The notes below the pieces were generated by a model. That model ran no database searches. It saw only the letters and a program-made list of their open reading frames with translations, and had not been told where the DNA came from. A DNA stretch of 62,622 nt from a virus (Duplodnaviria > Caudoviricetes): the IMG/VR virus record IMGVR_UViG_3300043395_001957, positions 1-62,622 of that record, one strand, 5' to 3'. Below, in pieces: positions 36,458 through 47,128 of this stretch. The number at the start of each line of letters is the position of its first letter. The first letter of the stretch is position 1. The position numbers and the translations under genes are program-made.

Positions 36458-36963
36458 ACGCCTACTCTGTTTATATCTTCGTTACCTAACTGATAAAGTT
36501 GATGATTAGTAAATCCCCATTCAACCATCTTTTGTTCACATAAGATACGAGTAGGGTCATTATGATATTCAATTGCTATTTCATCTACAAATTCAATCAT
36601 TTCTTTTGTAACATTTTGAAAGTGTATTTCAGCACCTTCAATATCACATTTGATAACCTGTGGTTTATAATGTTCTAATAAATCTTCTATTTGCTTATCA
36701 GCATTAACACATAATTGAAATGTATAATATATACCTTTGTTTCCATACAATTGATGATACTTCTCAATATCATGTGCAGCGCAATCAAATCCAATTAATT
36801 TACTTGCACCTTTAGAAACAAAATATTCAGATGATGATAACCATCCTTCATTCCATGTACTATCCCAAAATGAACAGCCCATGTCCATTACAATTTTGTT
36901 TTCACAATTTAGAAATCTCCAATGGATTTCAGGGTTTTCTGATGTTATTTTTTCTATTTGCAT
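36439..36963 (-). CDS. FkbM-like SAM methyltransferase (unit B only)
   Basis: VMDMGC, LIGFD, VIKCDIEGAE, IAIEYH. Confidence 0.65.
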   Translation of the reverse strand: MQIEKITSENPEIHWRFLNCENKIVMDMGCSFWDSTWNEGWLSSSEYFVSKGASKLIGFDCAAHDIEKYHQLYGNKGIYYTFQLCVNADKQIEDLLEHYKPQVIKCDIEGAEIHFQNVTKEMIEFVDEIAIEYHNDPTRILCEQKMVEWGFTNHQLYQLGNEDINRVGVWHLWR

Positions 36964-37577
36964 AATTCGTAGTATCCTCCTATATCAAATTTTACTTTTG
37001 TATTAATCGCTTCACCTTCTTGCACACTCCACTTACTAAATGGAACAATTCTAAAATCCACAGAAACCCTACTCCTGTTCGTTTGGTTGAGTTTATTTCC
37101 GTGAGTTAACCGAACACCTTCCCACATAATAAACTCTCCGTATTGAGCTTCTAATGGGGTATAATCACCCTTATCTTCTTCACTCTCTGCCCAAATAGTA
37201 TTGGTATCAAAAGCATCAGTAAAAGGTAAAAAGAAATTAATCTCTGCTTGGTTATGATTATATTGTTTATCCTTATGCCATTCACCAACACCTACATTGT
37301 TTGGTGCTTGTATTCTGAATGTTGGTATTTTTTGATACACAATTGGTTCGCCGAATAGTGGCATTACCTGTTCTTTAACAAAATCATCGTATATTGGTTT
37401 CATATACTGAAAATTATCATAGTATTTTCTATGCACTTCAGTTTTTTGGTCATTTTCTCTTTTAAGTAAGTCAAATTGATATTGTTTATGCAACATATTT
37501 AACTCCTTTGTACCATAAATCAACCCTAATACTTCCAAAAATGGATAAGTTTGGGTATTATAATCTAATTTTATCAT
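36954..37577 (-). CDS. Fe(II)/2OG dioxygenase-like protein, StrG-like (unit B only)
   Basis: YQKIPTFR, WHKD (HxD), distal HGN..N, RVSVDFR. Confidence 0.7.
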   Translation of the reverse strand: MIKLDYNTQTYPFLEVLGLIYGTKELNMLHKQYQFDLLKRENDQKTEVHRKYYDNFQYMKPIYDDFVKEQVMPLFGEPIVYQKIPTFRIQAPNNVGVGEWHKDKQYNHNQAEINFFLPFTDAFDTNTIWAESEEDKGDYTPLEAQYGEFIMWEGVRLTHGNKLNQTNRSRVSVDFRIVPFSKWSVQEGEAINTKVKFDIGGYYELCK

Positions 37578-38539
37578 AACAATTTACTTTTTTGTGCTGT
37601 TTTTTGAATCCATTCCCAATATTTTTTACTTGCAGTTTCATTTTTTATATCTAATTCAACATTATATGGTAAAGAGTTCATATATTCAGCTTTATAAAAA
37701 AATCCATCTTTTGAAGATGTTACGCCTGCATTGTGCATTATATTCATTCTATTGAAATCTAATTCACCTGATGTACCCCAACTGAAATCAAATTCAGGTA
37801 AACAATTTGTTTTCCATTCTCTTCTCCATGCTCCCCATAATACTGCCCACATATCAGCGCACCATATTTGTAATTCGTGGTAAGTAGGATTATCTTTTTT
37901 GATTTCGTTGTTTAAATCAGTTACCTGTTTAAATAATTGTTCACAATCTCTTTCAACTCTATCCCAAAATTCATAATCAACATTTTTCATCAAATATTGC
38001 GCACCAATAGCGTTCATTTCGTTGTCTTTAATCAACGATTCTGGCAAATCGGTAATCTCACACATTTTATCAATTATCTGCTGACCTTTGCCAACTATGT
38101 AAGAATGCGCTATATACCAACGGGTGTCTGAACCATACCAATCATCATCTATGATAATTTGTTTGTTTATCCACTCATTTATTGGTTTAGAAAATATGAT
38201 ATCTGAATCGTGATAGAATATAGCATCATCTTTTAGATAAGGATGTGCTGCCCAATGTTGTTTAAGAATGTTAGGTCTGATTGATGAAATGTAATGTTTA
38301 GTTTCTCTCGTATCATCATAGAAAAAGAAACGTGCTGGATACCCGTTAGCCAATTTAGACCATTCTTCGGGTATCACTCCATTTTGCTTCCAACATACTA
38401 TATCAATGAAATTTGGGTTAACACCCATCTCCATAAAGTTGTTTAACATTACTTCTACTTGCCACGCATAGTAGAGTGTTGCAGGCTGTGCGCAAATAAA
38501 TCTTAATTGCTTATCCGCATAAATTTGTATGCCATTCAT
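37574..38539 (-). CDS. Putative peptidyl O-glycosyltransferase (HPAT/SERGT1-like)
   Basis: Close homolog of 5015-5956 with the same motifs. Confidence 0.65.
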   Translation of the reverse strand: MNGIQIYADKQLRFICAQPATLYYAWQVEVMLNNFMEMGVNPNFIDIVCWKQNGVIPEEWSKLANGYPARFFFYDDTRETKHYISSIRPNILKQHWAAHPYLKDDAIFYHDSDIIFSKPINEWINKQIIIDDDWYGSDTRWYIAHSYIVGKGQQIIDKMCEITDLPESLIKDNEMNAIGAQYLMKNVDYEFWDRVERDCEQLFKQVTDLNNEIKKDNPTYHELQIWCADMWAVLWGAWRREWKTNCLPEFDFSWGTSGELDFNRMNIMHNAGVTSSKDGFFYKAEYMNSLPYNVELDIKNETASKKYWEWIQKTAQKSKLL

Positions 38540-38580
38540 ATATCATTCGTTTATTATTTAACAACAACAAACGATTTTGT

Positions 38581-40821
38581 TTATAAACAACCACCATCAC
38601 ATTGAACTTGCAAGTCCATATATAAGTTAGTTCCAACATCACCTGATACAACTGTATATCCAGGAGAAACATACGATGGTATTGAACCATTGTTTTGACA
38701 AGCTGCGTCTGTTATTTCACCTGTTACAACAATATTCGTATAAGTGCTTCCACCACCAGTACATTGGTCAGCATTACATCCAACACTAATCACATCACCA
38801 ACATAGACAGTATAGGTTCCAGATGCCGTATTATTTCTTGTTTCAACAGATACAGAATTTATATATAAATCGTATATACCTTGCCCACCAGCAACTTCAC
38901 TAAAACTCCAATATAAAGTAGCAGATGCACCAGTAGTTGTTGTAGTAGTCGGTGGTACAGTCGTAGTGGTAGTAGTTGGTGGTACAGTGGTTGTTGTAAC
39001 ACAATTACACGAAGTTCCACCATATGTTACGAATGAAATAGTTGCACCTACACCAAATAGTGAGCCGTTTTGTAAACAATCATTAATAACTTGTGGTCCT
39101 ATACCAAATGTTAAGTAAATAGTATTTCCACAGCAATCTACATATCTTACATCACCTGCTGAATCAACTTCAAAACTTACTGATGTTACACAAGCAGATG
39201 TTGTAGTGGTTGTAGTTGGTGCTAGTGTTGTAGTTGTAGTAGTCGGCGCTGCGGTTGTAGTGGTAGTAGTCGGTGCTGCAGTTGTGGTTGTTGTAGTTAC
39301 ACCACATGCAGTATTACAATTTATAGAATTACCAACAGTTGTCATTATAATTGCAGGTGAACAAGGACTAAATAATTGTGTAAAGTTTTTATATACAAAA
39401 CCAGTTATTGATTGTGGTTTATAATATCTGTTTGATGTTACAATTGAACTACCTGCAGGGAATGCAACACATACGGCACTTTGTACAAAAGTACAAGGGT
39501 CACAACTATATTCATCTGCCTCATAATAATCATATGGTGATGCAGTAGTTGTAGTAGTTGTAGGTACTTGTGTAGTTGTTGTTGTAGTTGGAGCTTGTGT
39601 AGTTGTTGTTGTACTTGTAGTAGTACTTGGACAAGTTCCACAAGTTAAACTCCATTGAGCGGTATCAGATGTTGGGTTTTCCGGGTCCGCTGGTCCATAC
39701 TCAACCATTACATATCTTCCGCTTGTTGATGCGAAATCATATGTGAAGTTTCCGCTTGGTGAAACATTCAATGATACTCCCCACGGACCTGGCCACGTTG
39801 CGTATCCAACCCAACCTGATGTTGCTATTAAACCAGTTGAATCGTAAAGATTGAATCTATTAGGTCTATCAATTGCATCATAAGTAAATGTACCACACTC
39901 ATTTGAAGTAGAACATACAACCTGTGTTGGGTACTGACCATATGCAGTATCAGATGTATTAAATGTTATCGTTCCATCACCACAAGAATAACAAGCTTCT
40001 GTTGTAGTAGTTGTAGTAGTTGCAGCTGTTGTAGTAGTTGTAGTAGGTGCAGCTGTTGTAGTAGTCGTAGTAGTAGTTGTACTTGTAGTGCTTGTTGTAG
40101 ATGTTGTAGTTGTGGTAGTTGTTACACAATCACAATCACTATTTTTAGTTACACTAAACCAAGTATTATTTGGAACTATTATACTTCCACTAACTAAACA
40201 AGATGTTAAACTTTTTGGATTAAAATAACTTAATAATTCAGCTTGAGGTTCACCAGTTTCACAATTTAGATAATATACAAATGCAGTATTAACTCCGTTA
40301 ATTTGTACAGTATCATTATCACAATTACATATATTGAACGAGCCTGTTCCGCATGGTACACCTAAATTTGGTATAGTGCTACAATTTCCTTGCGGTGCTA
40401 CACTACAATTTATAGTTTCTATAATTTCTCTTGCGCAAATATATCTTATTACTCCTGATGAGAAAACATGTACTCTTTGAACACCATAGCAATCTATGTA
40501 AGTAAGAGTAGCTGGATTTGCATTTCTTACTACTGAATAATTTATACATGTCGGACATAATGTTGTAGTTGTACTTGTAGTTGCTATTATATCAACAACA
40601 CTATTTCCATTACATTCAGCACCACCATTTACAACTTTTAAACAAGCAGCATTATCGGGAACAGTGACTACTACCGATGAGCCAACTGATGGCAAATAAA
40701 CATTATTACCATCTATACAAATGGTATAGTTTACACAATCCGTAGAATAGTAGACATCAAATAAAGGACCAGCATCTGCTCCTTTACCTGTTAATGTTAT
40801 TTGTTTATTTATGTTTGGCAT
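38581..40821 (-). CDS. Mucin-like Thr/Cys-rich putative virion protein (expanded)
   Basis: 746 aa; five Thr stalks between Cys-rich domains; shares N-terminus and the YDAIDRPNRF domain with 5984-7276. Confidence 0.7.
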   Translation of the reverse strand: MPNINKQITLTGKGADAGPLFDVYYSTDCVNYTICIDGNNVYLPSVGSSVVVTVPDNAACLKVVNGGAECNGNSVVDIIATTSTTTTLCPTCINYSVVRNANPATLTYIDCYGVQRVHVFSSGVIRYICAREIIETINCSVAPQGNCSTIPNLGVPCGTGSFNICNCDNDTVQINGVNTAFVYYLNCETGEPQAELLSYFNPKSLTSCLVSGSIIVPNNTWFSVTKNSDCDCVTTTTTTTSTTSTTSTTTTTTTTTAAPTTTTTTAATTTTTTTEACYSCGDGTITFNTSDTAYGQYPTQVVCSTSNECGTFTYDAIDRPNRFNLYDSTGLIATSGWVGYATWPGPWGVSLNVSPSGNFTYDFASTSGRYVMVEYGPADPENPTSDTAQWSLTCGTCPSTTTSTTTTTQAPTTTTTTQVPTTTTTTASPYDYYEADEYSCDPCTFVQSAVCVAFPAGSSIVTSNRYYKPQSITGFVYKNFTQLFSPCSPAIIMTTVGNSINCNTACGVTTTTTTAAPTTTTTTAAPTTTTTTLAPTTTTTTSACVTSVSFEVDSAGDVRYVDCCGNTIYLTFGIGPQVINDCLQNGSLFGVGATISFVTYGGTSCNCVTTTTVPPTTTTTTVPPTTTTTTGASATLYWSFSEVAGGQGIYDLYINSVSVETRNNTASGTYTVYVGDVISVGCNADQCTGGGSTYTNIVVTGEITDAACQNNGSIPSYVSPGYTVVSGDVGTNLYMDLQVQCDGGCL

Positions 40822-40830
40822 AATATTATA

Positions 40831-42798
40831 TTATATACTTCCCGAATATCTTGTTTTGTCTGCGTACCAGTTTTGTGATATTTCAGCATCACTTAATGCT
40901 CTATTATATGCTCTACAAATACCAACTTTTCCACTCCAGTTTCCAGCGGGTAAATCATTACCAGGCATCATTAAACTTGCAGTTGAATATAATGATGGAG
41001 AAGATGTTTCAAATTTAGTAAATCTACCAGCTTTAACACCATCAACATAGCTATATATATTTCCATCTGAATCATCCCACTTAACAACAAATTGATGCCA
41101 ACTTCCTGTTGGTGTTAAAGCAGTTTGCAATCCATCTTGATAAGTTGTTCCGAATCCAGGATTATTAAAACCTGTAACTAAAGCTGATGAGCTATATGGT
41201 GCAGTTAATTGGTCTGTATATGTAGCTATTGCATATTCAACAGGAGAAATTGTACCATTTGAGCCAACTATAAAGTTATCAAAATCAGGTGAAGGGCTTC
41301 CATAAAAAGGTCTATTAAACCAAATTTCAAATGTAGTTGCTCTAGAACTACTTACTACATTACTAAATAATCTATTAGTTAAAATAGCAGAACCCGTGAA
41401 ATCCATATACGATGAACTACTATTTGATACAAAGTTTGTACTACCAGAAATTATACTACCTGTAACTAATGAAATTAAATCAGTAATAGATGAGCCACTT
41501 CCAGGATATGATTGTGTTTTACCGAAATCGTAATATAATTGTAATGATTGCGTAACAGCAGTAGTATTAAAATTCCATATTACTTTTATTGAAGAATACA
41601 AATCAGTATTAACCAAATTACTTACACCAATTTGATTAGAAGTTTGGCTTCCAGATGCAATCGCAAATAATAAAGTTGAATCGCCATAATACGATGCAGT
41701 CCAACTAAAATTATATGTATTATCAAATTTCACATCAGTTGCAATAGTTTGAGTTCCAGTTACATATGTGGAGCCAGTAAATAAATTATTACCTGTACCT
41801 ACTGGCGATTTATTAATCACATATAATGAAGATGGAGGAGATGTTAAATCACCCATACTACCTGTTATCACATTTAAACTACTACTTAATTCCAAAATAT
41901 ATGTTTTATTAGGTGGATTAATAGTAGTAGTTGTTGTAGTAGGTGCTACAGTTGTTGTACTAGTCGTTGTAGTTGCTGCGGTAGTCGTAGTAGTTGTACC
42001 AGCAGCAGTAGTTGTTGTTGTAGTAGGAGCAGCAGTAGTAGTTGTACTAGTAGTACTCGTAGTACTTGTAGTAGTTGTACTAGTGGTGCTCGTTGTTGTT
42101 GTAGTTGGCGCAGCTGTTGTTGTTGTGCTCGTAGTACTTGTTGTAGATGTTGTAGTAGTAGTAGGAGCAAGTGTTGTAGTAGTAGTTGGACCTGCAGTTG
42201 TAGTAGTAGTAGGGCCAGCTGTTGTAGTTGTTGTTGTTACAGTTTGTGAATCAAAATCAAACAAACAAGTTATTGTTTTATTAGCTGATGCAATTACATC
42301 TTCTAATATTGGACCTAATAATTGAATCTTACACTCACCATTAGATAAGTTGTAATCATTGATTGCACGAAGGTGATAGTAATTTCCTCTCCACTCAACA
42401 ATATCATTAAGTTCCATTTTAAAATAATCAGCAAGAGGAATAATACCTTCGCAGTTTATTAAACGAGTTTTTGGATTATAAAGTAAAGATACATATGTTT
42501 CCCAATAATTTGTATAAAGAGAACCTGTTGGAGTTGTACCATATACTGCTGGTTCATTGAAGAAAAGAAGTGAACGAGAGCCCGATGTAGGGTCTTGTCC
42601 TTCATAGTTATCAAAATAAGGAAATGAAGTTACTTCTGTAGATACAACACTACCTGTATTACCGTTTGAATATCCTTGAATATAATATGTTTCACATGCT
42701 TTTAATCCATTATAGAAATAAATGTGCGGCAGGACTCTAGCAGGTGCGTAATTCACACTACTAATAAATGTCGGTATGTATATCTTATTCTTCGCCAT
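40831..42798 (-). CDS. Tail-tip protein plus long Thr stalk plus LamG-like domain
   Basis: Homolog of 7286-8788 with a ~100 aa Thr stalk and an extra domain. Confidence 0.7.
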   Translation of the reverse strand: MAKNKIYIPTFISSVNYAPARVLPHIYFYNGLKACETYYIQGYSNGNTGSVVSTEVTSFPYFDNYEGQDPTSGSRSLLFFNEPAVYGTTPTGSLYTNYWETYVSLLYNPKTRLINCEGIIPLADYFKMELNDIVEWRGNYYHLRAINDYNLSNGECKIQLLGPILEDVIASANKTITCLFDFDSQTVTTTTTTAGPTTTTTAGPTTTTTLAPTTTTTSTTSTTSTTTTAAPTTTTTSTTSTTTTSTTSTTSTTTTAAPTTTTTTAAGTTTTTTAATTTTSTTTVAPTTTTTTINPPNKTYILELSSSLNVITGSMGDLTSPPSSLYVINKSPVGTGNNLFTGSTYVTGTQTIATDVKFDNTYNFSWTASYYGDSTLLFAIASGSQTSNQIGVSNLVNTDLYSSIKVIWNFNTTAVTQSLQLYYDFGKTQSYPGSGSSITDLISLVTGSIISGSTNFVSNSSSSYMDFTGSAILTNRLFSNVVSSSRATTFEIWFNRPFYGSPSPDFDNFIVGSNGTISPVEYAIATYTDQLTAPYSSSALVTGFNNPGFGTTYQDGLQTALTPTGSWHQFVVKWDDSDGNIYSYVDGVKAGRFTKFETSSPSLYSTASLMMPGNDLPAGNWSGKVGICRAYNRALSDAEISQNWYADKTRYSGSI

Positions 42799-44912
42799 TA
42801 TTCACTTGCTATTGATTCAGCATTAAATACCAAGACTGTGCTTGAAATATCTGCAGTTGTTATTGTATAATAAAATGTTTTAGTATATGCTAAACCTGAA
42901 TCCAAATTGGTTACTCCACTATCGGTTGTTTTAGTGAAAGAATAAGCCACTTGAGATGAATAAGGCCCTAAAGCAGTAAATATTAATGTATCACCGGCAG
43001 CAACAGGGTATTGTAAGGTTAAACAACTTGGTGGTGAACAATCAGTTACAAGTCCTTCACCCTGTATTGCACTTGCTTGCGCAGATACAACATATGTAGT
43101 AAAGTGTCTAATAGAAGCAACTGCATCAATTCTTCTTTGGTCAATTGCAGTAGCTTGAGCTTGTGCACCAAATTCTGCATTTCTAGAAGCAAAACTACCT
43201 GAAAGACCTGTTCCTTCAAGATATATTAATGGAGAAGAAGCAAATGTAGTTTTAACATTAAACTCTCCCTGTGAGAAGAAGTTTTCAGTATCTACATAAT
43301 ATGTTTTACCATATTCTCTATTGTTTGCTTTTTGGAATTGTTGTGAAATATAATCACCATCCAATGTATCTCCAAAATTTAGTTTATTAACCGCTAAGTT
43401 GTTAGCTGGAATTACTTCAATCTTTTTATCAAGGTTAATGTATCTGTTAAAATCTTTTACTTGTCCTTCTTTGTACCATTTATTAAATTCCTCTACGATA
43501 AACTCTCTAGGTTTAGTTTTATTTGGATATATTACTAAATTAAACTTCTTTTGTATGCCCGTTATAAAATCAACTTGCTTAATACCTGTTGTTCCATATG
43601 GCATATTTGATGGTATATCTAAAACAAGGTTATCTCCACCTTGATTTACCTTTTTAATTTCTAAATAAGTATTAGAGACAGTATTGCCAGGGTTTAAAAT
43701 AACTTGGAAGTTAGAACCCCCATAGTTATCATAATCTAAATAAAATTTATATTGACCAGCTGGTAAAAGCGATGTATTAAACTCCGTTACCAATTGGAAT
43801 TTTTCAGTTTTAGTTTGTGTTGCGTTATATGTTTGTATTGTTCGCATATAACTATTAAAGTTTACTAATGCAGTTGTAGATACCAATGCTGCAGTAGTAG
43901 CATCTTTAACATGTAAATACCAAACAGGAACACCATTACCTGCGCCTGTTGATTTAACTTCAAAGTTTAATGCTAATTCACCTCTTAATCTCGATGGAAA
44001 TGCTAGAGTATATGTGCCAGCAGAATCTATATTATTTTGTGGATTATACTGAACATTATACCAAGGGAATTGTAAATCAACTGCAGCAGACATTGTGAAA
44101 TCAGTTTGTCCACTACCACTAATTGGTGCTATTCTAAACAAGCCATATGTTTCTAAATCATATTGGTCATATACAGGGTATCTCAATTGGTTATTACATA
44201 ACATATACACATTATCTAACCATTGTTGATTCCAAAAATCGCCTGTATATGTGTATCCATATGTTTCAAAGATTGCATCCCATACTTCTTTTATTCGGAT
44301 AGCAGGTTTGAAATCTTGCACACAAAGAGCACCTTCATTTGAATCTATACCAAAGAAAGATTCTTCAGGTGTAAATTGTATCTTCTGTCCATATTCTGCT
44401 AAAGGATAAACAATACTTCCACTAAAAAGATTACCACCCCAACTTGCTGATATATTAGCATAAGATGATGTGTGATTGAATTGTGCAAGTGATGCAGTTA
44501 AATCAGTAAGATAAAATCTATTAATATCTCTTGCAAATGAAGATAAACCACCAAAGATAGTTACTTCATATGAATCAATAAATTTATTTGCTATTACATT
44601 TACTTTATTAAGTTGTAAATAGCCTTGAGATAAATAAATACCATCAAAGTCCAAATAGCATGGTACTTTAGAATTGGTAGCAAATAGAAAAGGATTCTGA
44701 ATTGATATATCATACACATGCTCAAAGAATGCGTTATTCTTCTTTGTGCCAGGTACTGTAATCTGACGTGTGAAATCAGAAGGTAATACACCTAAATCAA
44801 ATAGACCTGTTACATTATCTGATATTAGTATTTCTTCATCATCAAACAAGTCCAATTGAGTTCCATTGGCAACTAACTTAAACGCAAATCCTTGTGTACT
44901 TATTATCCCCAT
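42798..44912 (-). CDS. Tail-tip/baseplate hub-like protein
   Basis: Homolog of 8790-10811 with an unrelated C-terminal domain. Confidence 0.7.
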   Translation of the reverse strand: MGIISTQGFAFKLVANGTQLDLFDDEEILISDNVTGLFDLGVLPSDFTRQITVPGTKKNNAFFEHVYDISIQNPFLFATNSKVPCYLDFDGIYLSQGYLQLNKVNVIANKFIDSYEVTIFGGLSSFARDINRFYLTDLTASLAQFNHTSSYANISASWGGNLFSGSIVYPLAEYGQKIQFTPEESFFGIDSNEGALCVQDFKPAIRIKEVWDAIFETYGYTYTGDFWNQQWLDNVYMLCNNQLRYPVYDQYDLETYGLFRIAPISGSGQTDFTMSAAVDLQFPWYNVQYNPQNNIDSAGTYTLAFPSRLRGELALNFEVKSTGAGNGVPVWYLHVKDATTAALVSTTALVNFNSYMRTIQTYNATQTKTEKFQLVTEFNTSLLPAGQYKFYLDYDNYGGSNFQVILNPGNTVSNTYLEIKKVNQGGDNLVLDIPSNMPYGTTGIKQVDFITGIQKKFNLVIYPNKTKPREFIVEEFNKWYKEGQVKDFNRYINLDKKIEVIPANNLAVNKLNFGDTLDGDYISQQFQKANNREYGKTYYVDTENFFSQGEFNVKTTFASSPLIYLEGTGLSGSFASRNAEFGAQAQATAIDQRRIDAVASIRHFTTYVVSAQASAIQGEGLVTDCSPPSCLTLQYPVAAGDTLIFTALGPYSSQVAYSFTKTTDSGVTNLDSGLAYTKTFYYTITTADISSTVLVFNAESIASE

Positions 44913-46090
44913 TAGATTATCAATTTATATGCTTGACCCCAATTGAAATCAAATGAATATTGTATTACTTTATCTACAACACCAGTTTTAAATGTAATTG
45001 AAGATGTGTTTATAGTAATAGGTCTTAACTTAACAGGGTTAGTGCTTTCATCGTATATCCAATATACTTCATCAGCTACTAACAATTGTTTGAATATTTC
45101 GTTGTATGCTTCATCAACCCAATCGGTTTGAACTGATATTGCTTGTTTGGAGTCGGCTATATAATTGAGAACCGAACTATCGTAATTATTGTAACTCAAA
45201 GTAGATGCTCCCCAAGTACCTAATTGTGGCTGGTAAGTTCTTCTTTCAGTATTGAATGATTGTCTATTAACCATATTAAAGTTAAACCAATCAAATTGTC
45301 CGTATCTATTTTTCCATTTAATACGGATATTAGGATACTTTTGATTACAAACTATATCGTAAGTCATTGGACTACCAATAGCCAATCCGCCTGCTGCATA
45401 TGGTTGTACAGTAAAATATGTTAAACCTGATGTAGATAATGGGAATCCACTTTGTTGTGGTCCTATTGGGTATTGTTTAATCTGACCAGTTGTTGCAGAA
45501 GTTGCACTTAACGAAAAATCAGCCGTACCTAAATTTGATGTATATGTAATTTTAACTGGTATATCACCACCTCCAGTAGTGCCTACATAAACACCTGCAG
45601 TACCTTTGTTTTCAGCTAATACTGATTGTGATGCTGGTCCATCAGTCATTAATGGCCAAAATTCAGTTTTTGAGAATATAGCTTGTCCTATTGGTTCTTG
45701 AAACAAACCATAACCATCTAATGCTTTATATGTAGATGATTTAACATGCGAACCGGTTGTATATGTACTTCCTGAAAGATATTGCCAATAGAAATCACAA
45801 GCAAAGTATTCAACGCTTGATGTGTTTGCTTGTGCTAAATCAGTTAAGGTAGAATTGATGATTCTATTTAAATCAAAAATACCATTCAGTGCAAGATTAG
45901 GATACTTTGTTAAAGTATAATCTGCAACCGAACCCGAATCAGTAAGTGAACCAGTCCAATAATATAATTCTGCAACATACTGAAATCCTTCACTAGCAAC
46001 TATCGCAGTATTACTTTCATTTAATGAAAATATTATTGGTGATTGCGCCAATGATACAGTAGCTGGTGTTTGTACAATAGATAAAGCCAT
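44912..46090 (-). CDS. Distal tail (Dit-like) protein
   Basis: Homolog of 10813-11982. Confidence 0.6.
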   Translation of the reverse strand: MALSIVQTPATVSLAQSPIIFSLNESNTAIVASEGFQYVAELYYWTGSLTDSGSVADYTLTKYPNLALNGIFDLNRIINSTLTDLAQANTSSVEYFACDFYWQYLSGSTYTTGSHVKSSTYKALDGYGLFQEPIGQAIFSKTEFWPLMTDGPASQSVLAENKGTAGVYVGTTGGGDIPVKITYTSNLGTADFSLSATSATTGQIKQYPIGPQQSGFPLSTSGLTYFTVQPYAAGGLAIGSPMTYDIVCNQKYPNIRIKWKNRYGQFDWFNFNMVNRQSFNTERRTYQPQLGTWGASTLSYNNYDSSVLNYIADSKQAISVQTDWVDEAYNEIFKQLLVADEVYWIYDESTNPVKLRPITINTSSITFKTGVVDKVIQYSFDFNWGQAYKLII

Positions 46091-46142
46091 TAGATTTAAA
46101 TCTTTACTATTTAACCATCTAAAATCGTTTTGTAATTGATGA

Positions 46143-46550
46143 TTATGTTTTAGCTCTAACTGCTTCTCTTATTTCTTCAGCAATTGCTTTACCAACTGCT
46201 TTTGTATATGATTTTATAGCGTTTTTGACAGCACTATCTTTATATGCTTTTTCAGCGTAATCAAAGTGTTGTGGATATCTTCTTTTAAGTTTTGCAGTCC
46301 TACCATTACCGCTTCCGTATGGTTTATTCCAATACTTACCATAAGTAGCTCCAGGAGGTGCAAAATAAAATGTAATAGTCGCATCACCATTTGTATCAAA
46401 TTTAACCATTCTATCAGGCGTATTGTACTGACGTATGGTATTACGAAGATTGCCCGTATCTCGTGGTGCAAGTTTAGAACCTACATTACGAATTGTTTTA
46501 GCAACATTCTTTAATGGTTGTTTTATTTGGGATATGTTTTTAATAGCCAT
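46143..46550 (-). CDS. Tail completion/neck protein (HK97 gp10-like)
   Basis: APRDTGNLR motif. Confidence 0.7.
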   Translation of the reverse strand: MAIKNISQIKQPLKNVAKTIRNVGSKLAPRDTGNLRNTIRQYNTPDRMVKFDTNGDATITFYFAPPGATYGKYWNKPYGSGNGRTAKLKRRYPQHFDYAEKAYKDSAVKNAIKSYTKAVGKAIAEEIREAVRAKT

Positions 46551-47119
46551 TAGCAAACAGGATTAGGATACGAGCCCGATGGTAATAAGTTAAATAAGCA
46601 ACGAGGTCTATCGTTGTGTGTTACCAATGTGAATGTAGCTACATGTCCTGCTAATCCGTTATTAAATCTTTCTATAAATGGCTCACATACAATATCACCT
46701 TCAATATCAAATGCTGAAACTGAATATGCTGTGTAAGAAGTTAAATCATTTATAATTGCCAATGAGTTTGCAAGAATATCTACATAATCATTAACACCAT
46801 AAAAATCTATGGTTTGCTTATTGTATGTGGTTTCCGTAACATTTGCCGGTCTACCACTTTCGTTATCTTTATTTTTAATTTTGTCAGCAATTACTAATTG
46901 TATCTCATGTCTAGTCGTGCTATCCGTAATTGTAGTAGATAGAATGTTTACATTTCCTAATGGATACATAGGAAACTCTCTATCATCTACTTCTTGAATA
47001 TCACCCGTAGTTACTTTAGTAATCTGCGGATGGTTAGTCATTATTGTTTCAAAATAATCTAACGCATTATAGTAGAGTGTATAGTTTACTCCTTGGTTGT
47101 ATCTTAAATAATTTGACAT
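46550..47119 (-). CDS. Tail terminator-like protein
   Basis: Homolog of 12442-12987. Confidence 0.6.
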   Translation of the reverse strand: MSNYLRYNQGVNYTLYYNALDYFETIMTNHPQITKVTTGDIQEVDDREFPMYPLGNVNILSTTITDSTTRHEIQLVIADKIKNKDNESGRPANVTETTYNKQTIDFYGVNDYVDILANSLAIINDLTSYTAYSVSAFDIEGDIVCEPFIERFNNGLAGHVATFTLVTHNDRPRCLFNLLPSGSYPNPVC

Positions 47120-47128
47120 ATTCTAAAT

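Noticed and set aside
41768-42325. Poly-Val and other + strand ORFs (also 8103-8339, 39206-39424, 18506-21250)
   Set aside because: Antisense shadows of Thr/Ser-rich minus-strand genes
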